DNA from: Acinetobacter sp.
Lineage (GTDB): Bacteria; Pseudomonadota; Gammaproteobacteria; Pseudomonadales; Moraxellaceae
Length of the DNA: 64,000 nt
Assembly (NCBI RefSeq): GCF_045628685.1
Contig: NZ_JAZQPV010000117.1
Span: 9,312 to 73,311, forward strand
Reading direction: 5' to 3'
The stretch's first letter is position 1, and the number at the start of each line of letters is the position of its first letter. The notes beneath the pieces were generated by a model. It ran no database searches. It was given only the letters and a program-made list of their open reading frames with translations, and had not been told where the DNA came from. This document shows, piece by piece, positions 9,190-17,610 of the stretch. The position numbers were made by a program, and so were the translations under genes.

Positions 9190-10395
9190 TTAAGCTGAGG
9201 CATGGTAGTGTTTGCTTGCTTTGCGACCATGTAATAGATAGTAAATGACAATACAAACCAAAACGCACATGGCGCTGTAGAAATACAGTTGGGAATAGTC
9301 AATATAATCCAAGGCCTGACCAATAAAATAAGGACCAAAACCTAAACCTGCATCCAGAAAAATAAAGAAGGTTGAGGTCGCAAAACCCATTCGTTCAATA
9401 CTGGCACTTTTTACTGCGACAGTTTGGCAAACCGACTGAATATTGCCATAACCTAAACCGAGTAAGCCTGCGCAAACCAGCAACATAAATGAACTTTGTA
9501 CCTGGCTTAATAAAATCATGGCAATCGCCATAATAATAAAAGCAGGATACATAATGATATTTTCGCCCTTACGATCCATCAGTGGGCCGGTAAATGGACG
9601 AGAGATCAAGATTGCAATGGCATACATCAAAAAGAAAAAGGATGCAGTTTCTACCAGATCAATTTCTTTGGCATAAAAGTTGATGAACGACAATACACCT
9701 GAATAGCAAATAGAGGCCAATAACATAATGAATGAAATGGGTAGGGCTTTGTGTTCAATAAATTGCGAAACCCACTTGGGTTTTTCAGCGGGCACAGAAA
9801 TATCAAGTGACTTGCTTTGTTGCGGAAGATTCGGAACCTTGATCAAAAAAGCAACCACAAGACAACTCACTGCGATAATGCTTGAAACAATGAAAATAGC
9901 ATGATAACCAATATGCAGCATCATCCAGATAGCCAGGAAAGGGCCGATTGCTGTTCCCAAAGTACTGCTCATGCTGTAGTAACCAATGCCTTCGCCACGA
10001 CGAGTGGGCGGCAATATTTGTGCAATAATGGTACCTAAAACCGTAGAGGCCATACCCATCATAAAACCGTGCATAAATCGCACAAGTAATAGCATGCCGA
10101 CATCGAACTTCATAAAGTAGAAGCCGGAAAAAATCAGAAAACCTGTTAAACCTACAATAAGTGTGGTTTTACGTCCAAAGCGTTCCAGAAATTTACCGAC
10201 AAACAAACGCCCAATCAGCGTACCCACAATAAATAAACCCGAGACCAGACCTGCTTGCGCCGTGGTGGCACCGAGCTCAGCTACGGCATAACCGACAATC
10301 ACCACCACCAGCAGATAAAAGGTCAGGACCAGCTGAAAGTTAATGGAACTGACAAGAATAAAATTTCTTGACCATAAGGGAGCATTTTCATTCAT
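9190..10395 (-). CDS. MFS transporter
   Basis: 401 aa, about 12 hydrophobic segments, GRLFVGKFLERFGRK loop motif; overlaps the marR stop by 4 nt. Confidence 0.85.
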   Translation of the reverse strand: MNENAPLWSRNFILVSSINFQLVLTFYLLVVVIVGYAVAELGATTAQAGLVSGLFIVGTLIGRLFVGKFLERFGRKTTLIVGLTGFLIFSGFYFMKFDVGMLLLVRFMHGFMMGMASTVLGTIIAQILPPTRRGEGIGYYSMSSTLGTAIGPFLAIWMMLHIGYHAIFIVSSIIAVSCLVVAFLIKVPNLPQQSKSLDISVPAEKPKWVSQFIEHKALPISFIMLLASICYSGVLSFINFYAKEIDLVETASFFFLMYAIAILISRPFTGPLMDRKGENIIMYPAFIIMAIAMILLSQVQSSFMLLVCAGLLGLGYGNIQSVCQTVAVKSASIERMGFATSTFFIFLDAGLGFGPYFIGQALDYIDYSQLYFYSAMCVLVCIVIYYLLHGRKASKHYHASA

Positions 10396-10832
10396 GGTTG
10401 TGTACCTGATTTAAGGTCTTGCAGATGATCCATCAGTGCATGAAGGGTGTTCAAGGCGCAATTCTGCGAATTTTGATCCAGTGGCAAAAGCAGTTGTTGC
10501 TCAAACATATCCATTTTTTTAGAGCAGATTTGAAAAAGCTCTACACCTTTTTGACTCAGGATCAGTTTCTTTTGCCGTTTATCTTCAGTATCGACTTGTT
10601 CCAAAACTTCCAGTTGCATCAGTGTATGAATGCGTTTTGCAATCGATGGCTTGGACACATTGAGATATTCCGCAATGTCTATAGAGGTGCAGCCGTGTTT
10701 TAACTGAATCACATATAGCACTTGCCACAACGAGTAGTTCAATTGATGGGGTAATAAAATGATATTGATTTCATCGCTCATTAAACGCGCACAGCGTAAT
10801 AATGAAGCACGAAATTTAAGTGGGTCCGGCAT
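10392..10832 (-). CDS. MarR family transcriptional regulator
   Basis: 146 aa winged-helix protein (IAEYLNVSKPSIAKRIHTLMQLEVL), co-transcribed with the MFS pump gene. Confidence 0.85.
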   Translation of the reverse strand: MPDPLKFRASLLRCARLMSDEINIILLPHQLNYSLWQVLYVIQLKHGCTSIDIAEYLNVSKPSIAKRIHTLMQLEVLEQVDTEDKRQKKLILSQKGVELFQICSKKMDMFEQQLLLPLDQNSQNCALNTLHALMDHLQDLKSGTQP

Positions 10833-10834
10833 AA

Positions 10835-10853
10835 TAGTTAGCTAGGGTAACTA
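10835..10853. promoter_or_regulatory. Inverted repeat at the marR 5' end, candidate MarR operator
   Basis: TAGTTA-N7-TAACTA immediately upstream of the marR start codon. Confidence 0.3.
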
Positions 10854-11546
10854 AATTAATTGAACTTTACGCCTCTTTAAAGAGTTGTTCAAGTATTAAG
10901 CAGATTGAAAGTCGCTTTTCTAGACAAAAAACCAATCACATAAAGGAATTCAGACCAGTTTAAAAATACAGTTTTATAACTTGGAGAAGTAAATAAAAAG
11001 TGAATTGAGGTGTATGGAATTTAAAATATATCTTTAGATACGTTCACTGAATTGCCAGATACATATAAATGTAAGATTGAATTTTAATTCTACGTCGTGG
11101 GTTGTTACTTGCTCTTACAACAGTATTTTCAAAGATTGCGGTCTATTTACAGCCCTTGCTATTGGCAAGTACGAGGTTACTCTGATCTGTCCGTCCATAA
11201 TCTATTATTTTATAAATATTTGTATTTAAAAACTAAAATAGCGCATTTCAAATGTCTTAGGGTGAAGCGTTACTTCTATCTCTATAAAAAATTAGACGTG
11301 ATGTTTTAGGTATTGTTCTAACAAACTATTTTTATAGAGATCACTATGCATATATATTTTTTCAAGAGATGAGTAAACAGATGAAGTCTGTCCAGATTTT
11401 AAGTCTTTTTAAATGAGCTTGAAATAATAAATCAACATACTTTACTGAAGTTTCGAGAGTATTCTGACAGGACAAAACAACAATATAGCGCGATTGTGTA
11501 TCAGCGTGCTCAATCACCACATCGACGAATTAAAAAAGGTGATGTT

Positions 11547-12986
11547 ATGAATCTAGGTTTAACTGCACTTGAACTGGCACGAATTCAATTTGCATTTACA
11601 GTCTCATTCCATATTATTTTTCCTGCCATTTCCATTGGCCTTTCAAGCTTCCTTGCTGTTTTAGAGTGGCGCTGGCTCAGAACTCAAAATCCGGTCTATC
11701 AAGACCTGTTTAAGTTTTGGGTCAAAATATTTGCCATCGCATTTGGTATGGGGGTGGTTTCTGGTGTAGTCATGAGTTACCAGTTCGGAACCAATTGGAG
11801 TGAATTTTCACGCATCTCCGGCAGTGTAACCGGACCGCTTTTAGCTTATGAGGTACTGACTGCCTTTTTCCTGGAAGCCGGATTTTTGGGCATTATGCTG
11901 TTTGGCTGGGGGCGTGTGGGTCCTCTGGCACATTTCTTTGCCACGGTCATGGTGGCACTCGGTACCTGTATTTCCATGTTCTGGATTCTGTCTTCTAACA
12001 GTTGGATGCACACTCCACAAGGGTTTAGCATTGAAAATGGTATTATCGTTCCGCAGGACTGGCTGGCCATTATATTTAATCCTTCTTTCCCGTATCGCTT
12101 GGCACATATGGCAATGGCTGCATTTTTGGTGTCGGCCTTGATGGTTGCCAGCACGGCAGCATGGCATTTACTCAAAGGCCGCCGGGATGCGTTGGTCAAG
12201 AAATCTTTTTCTATGGCTTTATGGATGATTTTGGCGCTTACCCCTTTGCAGGTTCTGATTGGAGATCTGCATGGTATCAATACCTTGAAGTATCAGCCTG
12301 CTAAAATAGCGGCCATAGAAGGGCACTGGGACACCAATCAGGATGAAGGCATGCCGCTGTATCTGTTTGGGATTCCCGATATGAAGGCAGAAGAAACCAA
12401 ATATGCAATTGGTATTCCAAATGCAGGAAGCCTGATTTTAACCCACTCCATGGATGGGAAAGTTCAGGGGTTGAAAGAGTTTGCTCCTGAAGACCGGCCG
12501 AATTCAACTATTGTATTTTGGAGCTTCCGAATCATGGTTGGTCTGGGTCTGTTGATGCTGTTATTAGCAATCATCGGTTTATGGTTAAGACGAATAGGTC
12601 GCTTTTATGAAAGTTCGGCCTTCCACCGTTTTGCTTTAATTATGGGACCTTCCGGCTTTATCGCAATGTTGGCTGGTTGGTTTACCACAGAGATTGGGCG
12701 TCAACCTTGGGTAGTCTATGGGGTAATGCGGACTAAAGATGCCTTATCGCCGGTATCGGCAGAACAAGTCGGATTAACCCTGATTATTTTTGTAGTGGTG
12801 TATTGCGTGGTCTTTGGTATTGGCATTTATTACATGTTGCGAATCATGCATAAAGGTCCGGAATTTGTTCATTCAGTACCGCATAGTGATGAAAGGGTCA
12901 TTCAAGCTTCGCATCGTCCATTGGGAAGTACCGATGAAGAGCTGGATGGTCCTCCTCTCGACAATCACCAGGAGAATGACAAATGA
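11547..12986 (+). CDS. cydA: Cytochrome bd-type ubiquinol oxidase subunit I (length suggests the short-Q-loop CioA type)
   Basis: MNLGLTALELARIQFAFTVSFHIIFP N-terminus and GRQPWVVYG motif; AAGGTG Shine-Dalgarno before the ATG at 11547. Confidence 0.9.
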   Translation: MNLGLTALELARIQFAFTVSFHIIFPAISIGLSSFLAVLEWRWLRTQNPVYQDLFKFWVKIFAIAFGMGVVSGVVMSYQFGTNWSEFSRISGSVTGPLLAYEVLTAFFLEAGFLGIMLFGWGRVGPLAHFFATVMVALGTCISMFWILSSNSWMHTPQGFSIENGIIVPQDWLAIIFNPSFPYRLAHMAMAAFLVSALMVASTAAWHLLKGRRDALVKKSFSMALWMILALTPLQVLIGDLHGINTLKYQPAKIAAIEGHWDTNQDEGMPLYLFGIPDMKAEETKYAIGIPNAGSLILTHSMDGKVQGLKEFAPEDRPNSTIVFWSFRIMVGLGLLMLLLAIIGLWLRRIGRFYESSAFHRFALIMGPSGFIAMLAGWFTTEIGRQPWVVYGVMRTKDALSPVSAEQVGLTLIIFVVVYCVVFGIGIYYMLRIMHKGPEFVHSVPHSDERVIQASHRPLGSTDEELDGPPLDNHQENDK

Positions 12987-13987
12987 TTGATTTATCTTTT
13001 ATCTGGATTGTAATTATTGCCGTTGGTGTACTGATTTATGTGGTACTAGATGGTTTTGACTTAGGTATTGGCATCTTGTTCCCTTTCTTTAAAGCGCAAC
13101 AAGAACGTGATGTGATGATGAATACCGTGGCTCCAGTGTGGGATGGCAATGAAACCTGGATGGTATTAGGTGGAGCAGGCTTATTTGCTGCCTTTCCCTT
13201 GGTGTATTCAACGGTACTTTCTGCACTATATCTACCCATTATTCTGATGGTGGTTGCACTTATTTTCCGCGGCGTGGCTTTTGAATTCCGTTTTAAATCC
13301 AGACGTAACCGGCATCTTTGGGATCTGGCCTTTATTGCTGGCTCCATTTTAACCGGATTTTTTCAGGGCATCATTTTGGGTGCCTATATTCAAGGAATTA
13401 AAACTACAAACGGAATATATACCGGTGGAGGGTTGGACTGGTTAACGCCATTTTCAATCTTTACGGGCATAGCAGTAGTGGTCCTTTATGCCACGTTGGG
13501 TTGTGGCTGGCTGATTTTTAAAACTGATGCAGATTTGCAAAATCGAATGTATCAGCTCATGCCGAAGTTGATTATTGCATTATTTATTATTTTCGGCTGC
13601 GTCAGTATTTATACGCCTTTGGCCCATCCGGCAATTGCAGAGCGATGGTTCAGTCAACCGCAACTCACCTATTTCAGTCCTGTACCAATTCTGGTTCTGG
13701 TTTTTACTTTTCTGGCTTTACGCGCCTGTAAGCAGCGCAAAGAACTGAGTCCGTTTATCTATACGCTGGCTTTGGTAGTTTTGGCTTATACCGGTTTTCT
13801 CATTAGCTTGTGGCCTTATATTATTCCTCCATCTGTCACCATTTGGGATGCAGCCGCACCGCACAGTAGCCAGCTATTTACCTTGATTGGTGCGCTGCTT
13901 CTGATTCCAATTATTCTAATTTATACAGGAGTATCCTATTGGGTATTCCGCGATAAAGTACGAATTGGTGATAAAGGCTATCATTAA
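12983..13987 (+). CDS. cydB: Cytochrome bd-type ubiquinol oxidase subunit II
   Basis: 334 aa, LDGFDLGIGIL and WDGNETWMVLGG motifs; ATGA overlap with subunit I. Confidence 0.9.
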   Translation: MIDLSFIWIVIIAVGVLIYVVLDGFDLGIGILFPFFKAQQERDVMMNTVAPVWDGNETWMVLGGAGLFAAFPLVYSTVLSALYLPIILMVVALIFRGVAFEFRFKSRRNRHLWDLAFIAGSILTGFFQGIILGAYIQGIKTTNGIYTGGGLDWLTPFSIFTGIAVVVLYATLGCGWLIFKTDADLQNRMYQLMPKLIIALFIIFGCVSIYTPLAHPAIAERWFSQPQLTYFSPVPILVLVFTFLALRACKQRKELSPFIYTLALVVLAYTGFLISLWPYIIPPSVTIWDAAAPHSSQLFTLIGALLLIPIILIYTGVSYWVFRDKVRIGDKGYH

Positions 13988-13996
13988 GGAGTAACT

Positions 13997-14107
13997 ATGA
14001 AACTCTCACAAACCTTGTGGTTTATTGCTTTGTGGTTAGGTGGATTTTTTGCTTTAGCCTTGGTGGCTGGAGCATTTCGATTCCTAATCCAGTTGGCATA
14101 TATTTAA
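13997..14107 (+). CDS. Small single-TM protein downstream of cydB (CydX/DUF2474-like accessory subunit candidate)
   Basis: 36-aa ORF MKLSQTLWFIALWLGGFFALALVAGAFRFLIQLAYI, AAGGAG 6 nt upstream, 9 nt after the cydB stop, followed by the operon terminator; below the ORF-track size cutoff. Confidence 0.6.
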   Translation: MKLSQTLWFIALWLGGFFALALVAGAFRFLIQLAYI

Positions 14108-14131
14108 CCACCAAAGAAAATTCCTTAACAA

Positions 14132-14163
14132 GTGGTCTGAAAAACAGACCACTTTGTTTTTTT
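14132..14163 (+). terminator. Intrinsic terminator of the bd oxidase operon
   Basis: Stem gtggtctg/cagaccac, loop aaaaa, followed by tttgttttttt. Confidence 0.85.
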
Positions 14164-14240
14164 AGGGCAGACCACTTCATTGCAGTTTAAGCTCTATATT
14201 ATGCTTATTCATTTTATAGCGCTTATTGTTCGAGGCGATC

Positions 14241-14525
14241 ATGCTGCGAAGCCCGAGCTTCCATTTTATTTTAAATTTTTTTGAAGTTAATCAAATTGAT
14301 TCTACAAAAATTTTGCAACGACTGGGAATTAAATCGATTGATGAATTTGATGATATTCTTCAGCACAGTTTGGCGCTTCGATCTGCACAGCAATCCACCT
14401 ATACTTACATTATTCAAAGCTCGACTTTAGAAAATAGCCTAAGCTATTTATTCACGCCTTTTATTCACGCAGTCTTGAATCAAGAGACAATTTATGTCGC
14501 ACCCAGACAAAATATTGTAGAGTAG
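14241..14525 (+). CDS. Hypothetical protein (possible N-terminal half of an interrupted gene)
   Basis: ORF from the first ATG ending at TAG 14523-14525; same frame as the next ORF. Confidence 0.4.
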   Translation: MLRSPSFHFILNFFEVNQIDSTKILQRLGIKSIDEFDDILQHSLALRSAQQSTYTYIIQSSTLENSLSYLFTPFIHAVLNQETIYVAPRQNIVE

Positions 14526-14588
14526 GTCTATGCCCATTATTTCCGACTCGATGCTTTAGAATTAAAAAACCAGCAATCAGTTACTGAA

Positions 14589-15077
14589 ATGAATCTATGT
14601 CTGGATTTGGTTTCTCCAGAATTTAATGCGGCTGAATTTAAAATGTATGCTTTAGCTAAAGCCTTGCTCGATCCTGCTAGTCAGCATCTGACGATGATTG
14701 GGCAAAGTGGACTGAATCCGTCTACCAAACAAAAATTAGAAACTGTATTCCAAGTTCACATAGATGAAGTTTTACCGGATCAAAAACAGTTTGCTTTGTC
14801 AAAAATTGATTTTAAAAAATTCTTGTGGAAAAGAAAGACAGCTGAATTGGCACAAGTCTGTCAAAGCATTGCACAAGAAAATGCAGTTCTAGTCAGCTGC
14901 CAGTTTCATATAAAATTAAATGATGCAGAACATTTGATTGATGACTTAATGTACAGCGAACATCTCTTTGAAAAATTATCTGTCTTTGGTGAATTTACCG
15001 AAACCATCTTTAAAAACAAGCTTGAATTGGAATCGAGAAAGGCTCAGGCAGGAAGTAAAAAACTTTCTCCTATCTAG
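14589..15077 (+). CDS. Hypothetical protein (possible C-terminal half of an interrupted gene)
   Basis: 162-aa ORF in frame with 14241-14525, with no further stop in the 63-nt gap. Confidence 0.45.
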   Translation: MNLCLDLVSPEFNAAEFKMYALAKALLDPASQHLTMIGQSGLNPSTKQKLETVFQVHIDEVLPDQKQFALSKIDFKKFLWKRKTAELAQVCQSIAQENAVLVSCQFHIKLNDAEHLIDDLMYSEHLFEKLSVFGEFTETIFKNKLELESRKAQAGSKKLSPI

Positions 15078-15279
15078 TTGTAGGAATCAGGCTGCATGTT
15101 TCTGGGTTTTTCTTTTTAGCAGTAATCAATGAGCTAGTAATCCATTAACATCAGAAGAAACTGGCTGAAGTAGTCCGAGTACAGAAGTAAATAATTCGCT
15201 AAAGAAACTAGGATTTTTAGAAGATAATACCTTGTTGCGATAAAGAACTTTAAATTGTGGGAAAATATATGTCAGCTGG

Positions 15280-16758
15280 ATGTATACCGGTTGCGAAATG
15301 AAACAGAATGAATTTATCCAATTATTAAGTCAGAATCTTGCACAAAATAATGAAAGTAAATTAAGAACCAAAATATATTTAGCTATTAAAGCAATTTTGC
15401 CCCAATTAAATCTACAGTCTGATTTTAAATGTCCGTCCACACGGTTTTTATCCGAACATTTAGGTATATCTCGTGACACGGTAGAAAAGGTGTATGGCCA
15501 ATTAGAACAAGAAGGGATATTCGAACGAACCAAAGGGAAAGGCACTTTTATTAAAGCATTTCTAAAAATAGAGCTGCTAGCCTCTGAGACGGTGGAATAC
15601 CGACTTCCGGAAAATACCGAGCAATTAGAGAATCTGTTCTTTGATCAAAACCTGAATTTTTTTACCGATGGCATGCCTGAAATTCGTAATTTTCCGTTTA
15701 AAAAATGGTATGAAACTGAAAAAAATGCGCTGAGTCAAAATGGTTTAAATATTTTTTTAAAAGATAATGTAGCGGGTGATGATTTATTGTGTCAGCAAAT
15801 TGCACAACATATTAATTTAAACCGTAATACCCAAATATCTTCAGAGCAAGTACTTATTGTGAATAGCACACAGCAAGCTTTATATTTGTGTGGGCGGGTA
15901 TTATTTAATCCAAATGATAAAATTATCATGGAAAATCTATATTATTCGAATGCGTATCAACTTTTTAAACATATGAGTCTGGATTTAAAATGTATTGGCC
16001 TGGATCATGAAGGTTTAAAAATACAGGCTTGTGCCGACATTCAGGATGCAAAAGCAATTTACGTCACGCCAGCCAGTCAGTATCCGAGTGGCATTCAAAT
16101 GATCCCAAGACGAAAAAAGCAAATTATTGAATATGCAGAGAAAAATAACAGTTATATTGTGGAAGATGATTACGATGTGCTGTTACTGAACAAAACCCCA
16201 AATACCCCCGTTTTAGGTTTAGATCCTTACCAACGAACAATTTATCTGGGCTCTTTCAGTAAATATATTTTACCGAGTTTAAGACTGTCTTATCTGATTT
16301 TACTTAAAGCATTAATTGAGCCTTTTAAGCGCTATCGTAATTATATTGATGGCAGTGCGCCATCTCAGTATTCTCAAGTATTGCTTGGAAATTTTATGCA
16401 ACGTGGCCATTACGCTGAATATTTAAGACAGATGCAACAACTCTATTTAAAATGTTATCAAATGTTTATGACGTGTTTTGAGCAGTATTTATCTGAATTC
16501 TGTTTTATGAAACAGCATCATCCGAGTATGCAGGTCGCATGTTATTTCAAGTCCGCGATTCCCCCTACATTTGAACAGGCTCTGATAAAGGGTGCAAAAC
16601 TCAATAATATTAAAATAACTTATCTAAGCCAGTTTTATGAATATGATCCAGAATATGGGTTCGTACTGGGGTTTAGTTCGCTCAACGATACTGAAATTAA
16701 ACTGTGTATGAAACAATTACGCCAGCTCATACAAAATGAATTGGGGCGTTGGATATAA
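15280..16758 (+). CDS. MocR/PdxR-type regulator (GntR HTH fused to a fold-type I aminotransferase-like domain)
   Basis: N-terminal winged HTH (LPSTRFLSEHLGISRDTVEKVYGQLEQEGI) and a C-terminal domain with the SFSK PLP-lysine motif. Alternative ATG at 15298. Confidence 0.8.
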   Translation: MYTGCEMKQNEFIQLLSQNLAQNNESKLRTKIYLAIKAILPQLNLQSDFKCPSTRFLSEHLGISRDTVEKVYGQLEQEGIFERTKGKGTFIKAFLKIELLASETVEYRLPENTEQLENLFFDQNLNFFTDGMPEIRNFPFKKWYETEKNALSQNGLNIFLKDNVAGDDLLCQQIAQHINLNRNTQISSEQVLIVNSTQQALYLCGRVLFNPNDKIIMENLYYSNAYQLFKHMSLDLKCIGLDHEGLKIQACADIQDAKAIYVTPASQYPSGIQMIPRRKKQIIEYAEKNNSYIVEDDYDVLLLNKTPNTPVLGLDPYQRTIYLGSFSKYILPSLRLSYLILLKALIEPFKRYRNYIDGSAPSQYSQVLLGNFMQRGHYAEYLRQMQQLYLKCYQMFMTCFEQYLSEFCFMKQHHPSMQVACYFKSAIPPTFEQALIKGAKLNNIKITYLSQFYEYDPEYGFVLGFSSLNDTEIKLCMKQLRQLIQNELGRWI

Positions 16759-16781
16759 GTATTTATTCTAAAAATTTAAGC

Positions 16782-16806
16782 GCATTTAAAAATTGACTTT
16801 AAATGC
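16782..16806. terminator. Hairpin between convergent genes
   Basis: 9-bp AT-rich stem gcatttaaa/tttaaatgc with a 7-nt loop. Confidence 0.45.
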
Positions 16807-16836
16807 ATCCCTCTTAATATTTAGCTTTATCTTATA

Positions 16837-17448
16837 TTATTTGCCCTGTTTACGATAAACACTGGGGCGTACCGGACGTGAACTTTTCCATAAACCCTTT
16901 TTCTGTTTTTTGGCTTTATTTTGCAACTCCAACATATAGCGCAAATGGGTTTTATCCTTAATATATTCTTCATATACCCATGCAGCACCACGTTTAACAA
17001 TCTCGTCATTAATATTCTTACGATAGCGATATACCACACCGACACAGCGTCCATAACGGTCAATATCGGTAATTTTCACACGAACCATTTTATTTTTTAC
17101 CATACCTTGGACGAGGCGCTGAGATTCCTTGCCATAGCTTTGGCTAGATTCAGGTGCATCCACATAAGCAAAACGTAATTTGGTTTCAGAACGTCTTATA
17201 TTGAAACGGTAGCAGGTAAGGGTATCACCGTCGCTTACTGCACTCACACGACACCAGTATTTTTTGCCTTTCTTGAAAGGACGAAATAAATCCTTCAGAT
17301 AAACAGTGATTTTATGCAGTAAATAATAGGAAAAACAGAGGGCGAGTAGTCCCAGCACAATTTGCCAGGTCGTAGAGAGATGCAACAAAATTATGATCCA
17401 AATCCTTAAAAATGAGCCGTATAGAAACACAGCTAGGAGATGCATCAT
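16837..17448 (-). CDS. Membrane-anchored thermonuclease (staphylococcal nuclease, SNase) family protein
   Basis: Two N-terminal hydrophobic segments, then SNase motifs (VSDGDTL, RLRFAYVDAPE, DRYGR, GAAWVY). Confidence 0.8.
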   Translation of the reverse strand: MMHLLAVFLYGSFLRIWIIILLHLSTTWQIVLGLLALCFSYYLLHKITVYLKDLFRPFKKGKKYWCRVSAVSDGDTLTCYRFNIRRSETKLRFAYVDAPESSQSYGKESQRLVQGMVKNKMVRVKITDIDRYGRCVGVVYRYRKNINDEIVKRGAAWVYEEYIKDKTHLRYMLELQNKAKKQKKGLWKSSRPVRPSVYRKQGK

Positions 17449-17516
17449 TGTAGGTGAAAGCCAGATTCTGTACGGCTTAAAAGCTAAACAGTCAGTGTTT
17501 CATTTTGTAGTGTCAG

Positions 17517-17610
17517 GAATAGCCTAAGCATTTTTATAAGCCCAAAAACTGTATACGATTGGATGAATAGCCTAAGCTAAATAAATTATCCTGAATAAAA
17601 TAGCCTAAGC
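17517..17610. repeat. Three direct copies of (G/A)AATAGCCTAAGC
   Basis: Copies at 17517-17529, 17565-17577 and 17598-17610; the last overlaps the LysR stop codon. Confidence 0.85.

Noticed and set aside
11097-11309. 70-aa ORF in the marR-cydA spacer
   Set aside because: Low-complexity Tyr/Leu/Lys-rich translation from AT-rich DNA, GTG start, no ribosome-binding site, no family resemblance.
17517-17610. Whether the three 12-13 nt repeats could be a CRISPR array
   Set aside because: The repeats are far too short, there are only three copies with unequal 20-35 nt gaps, one lies inside a coding sequence, and there are no cas genes.
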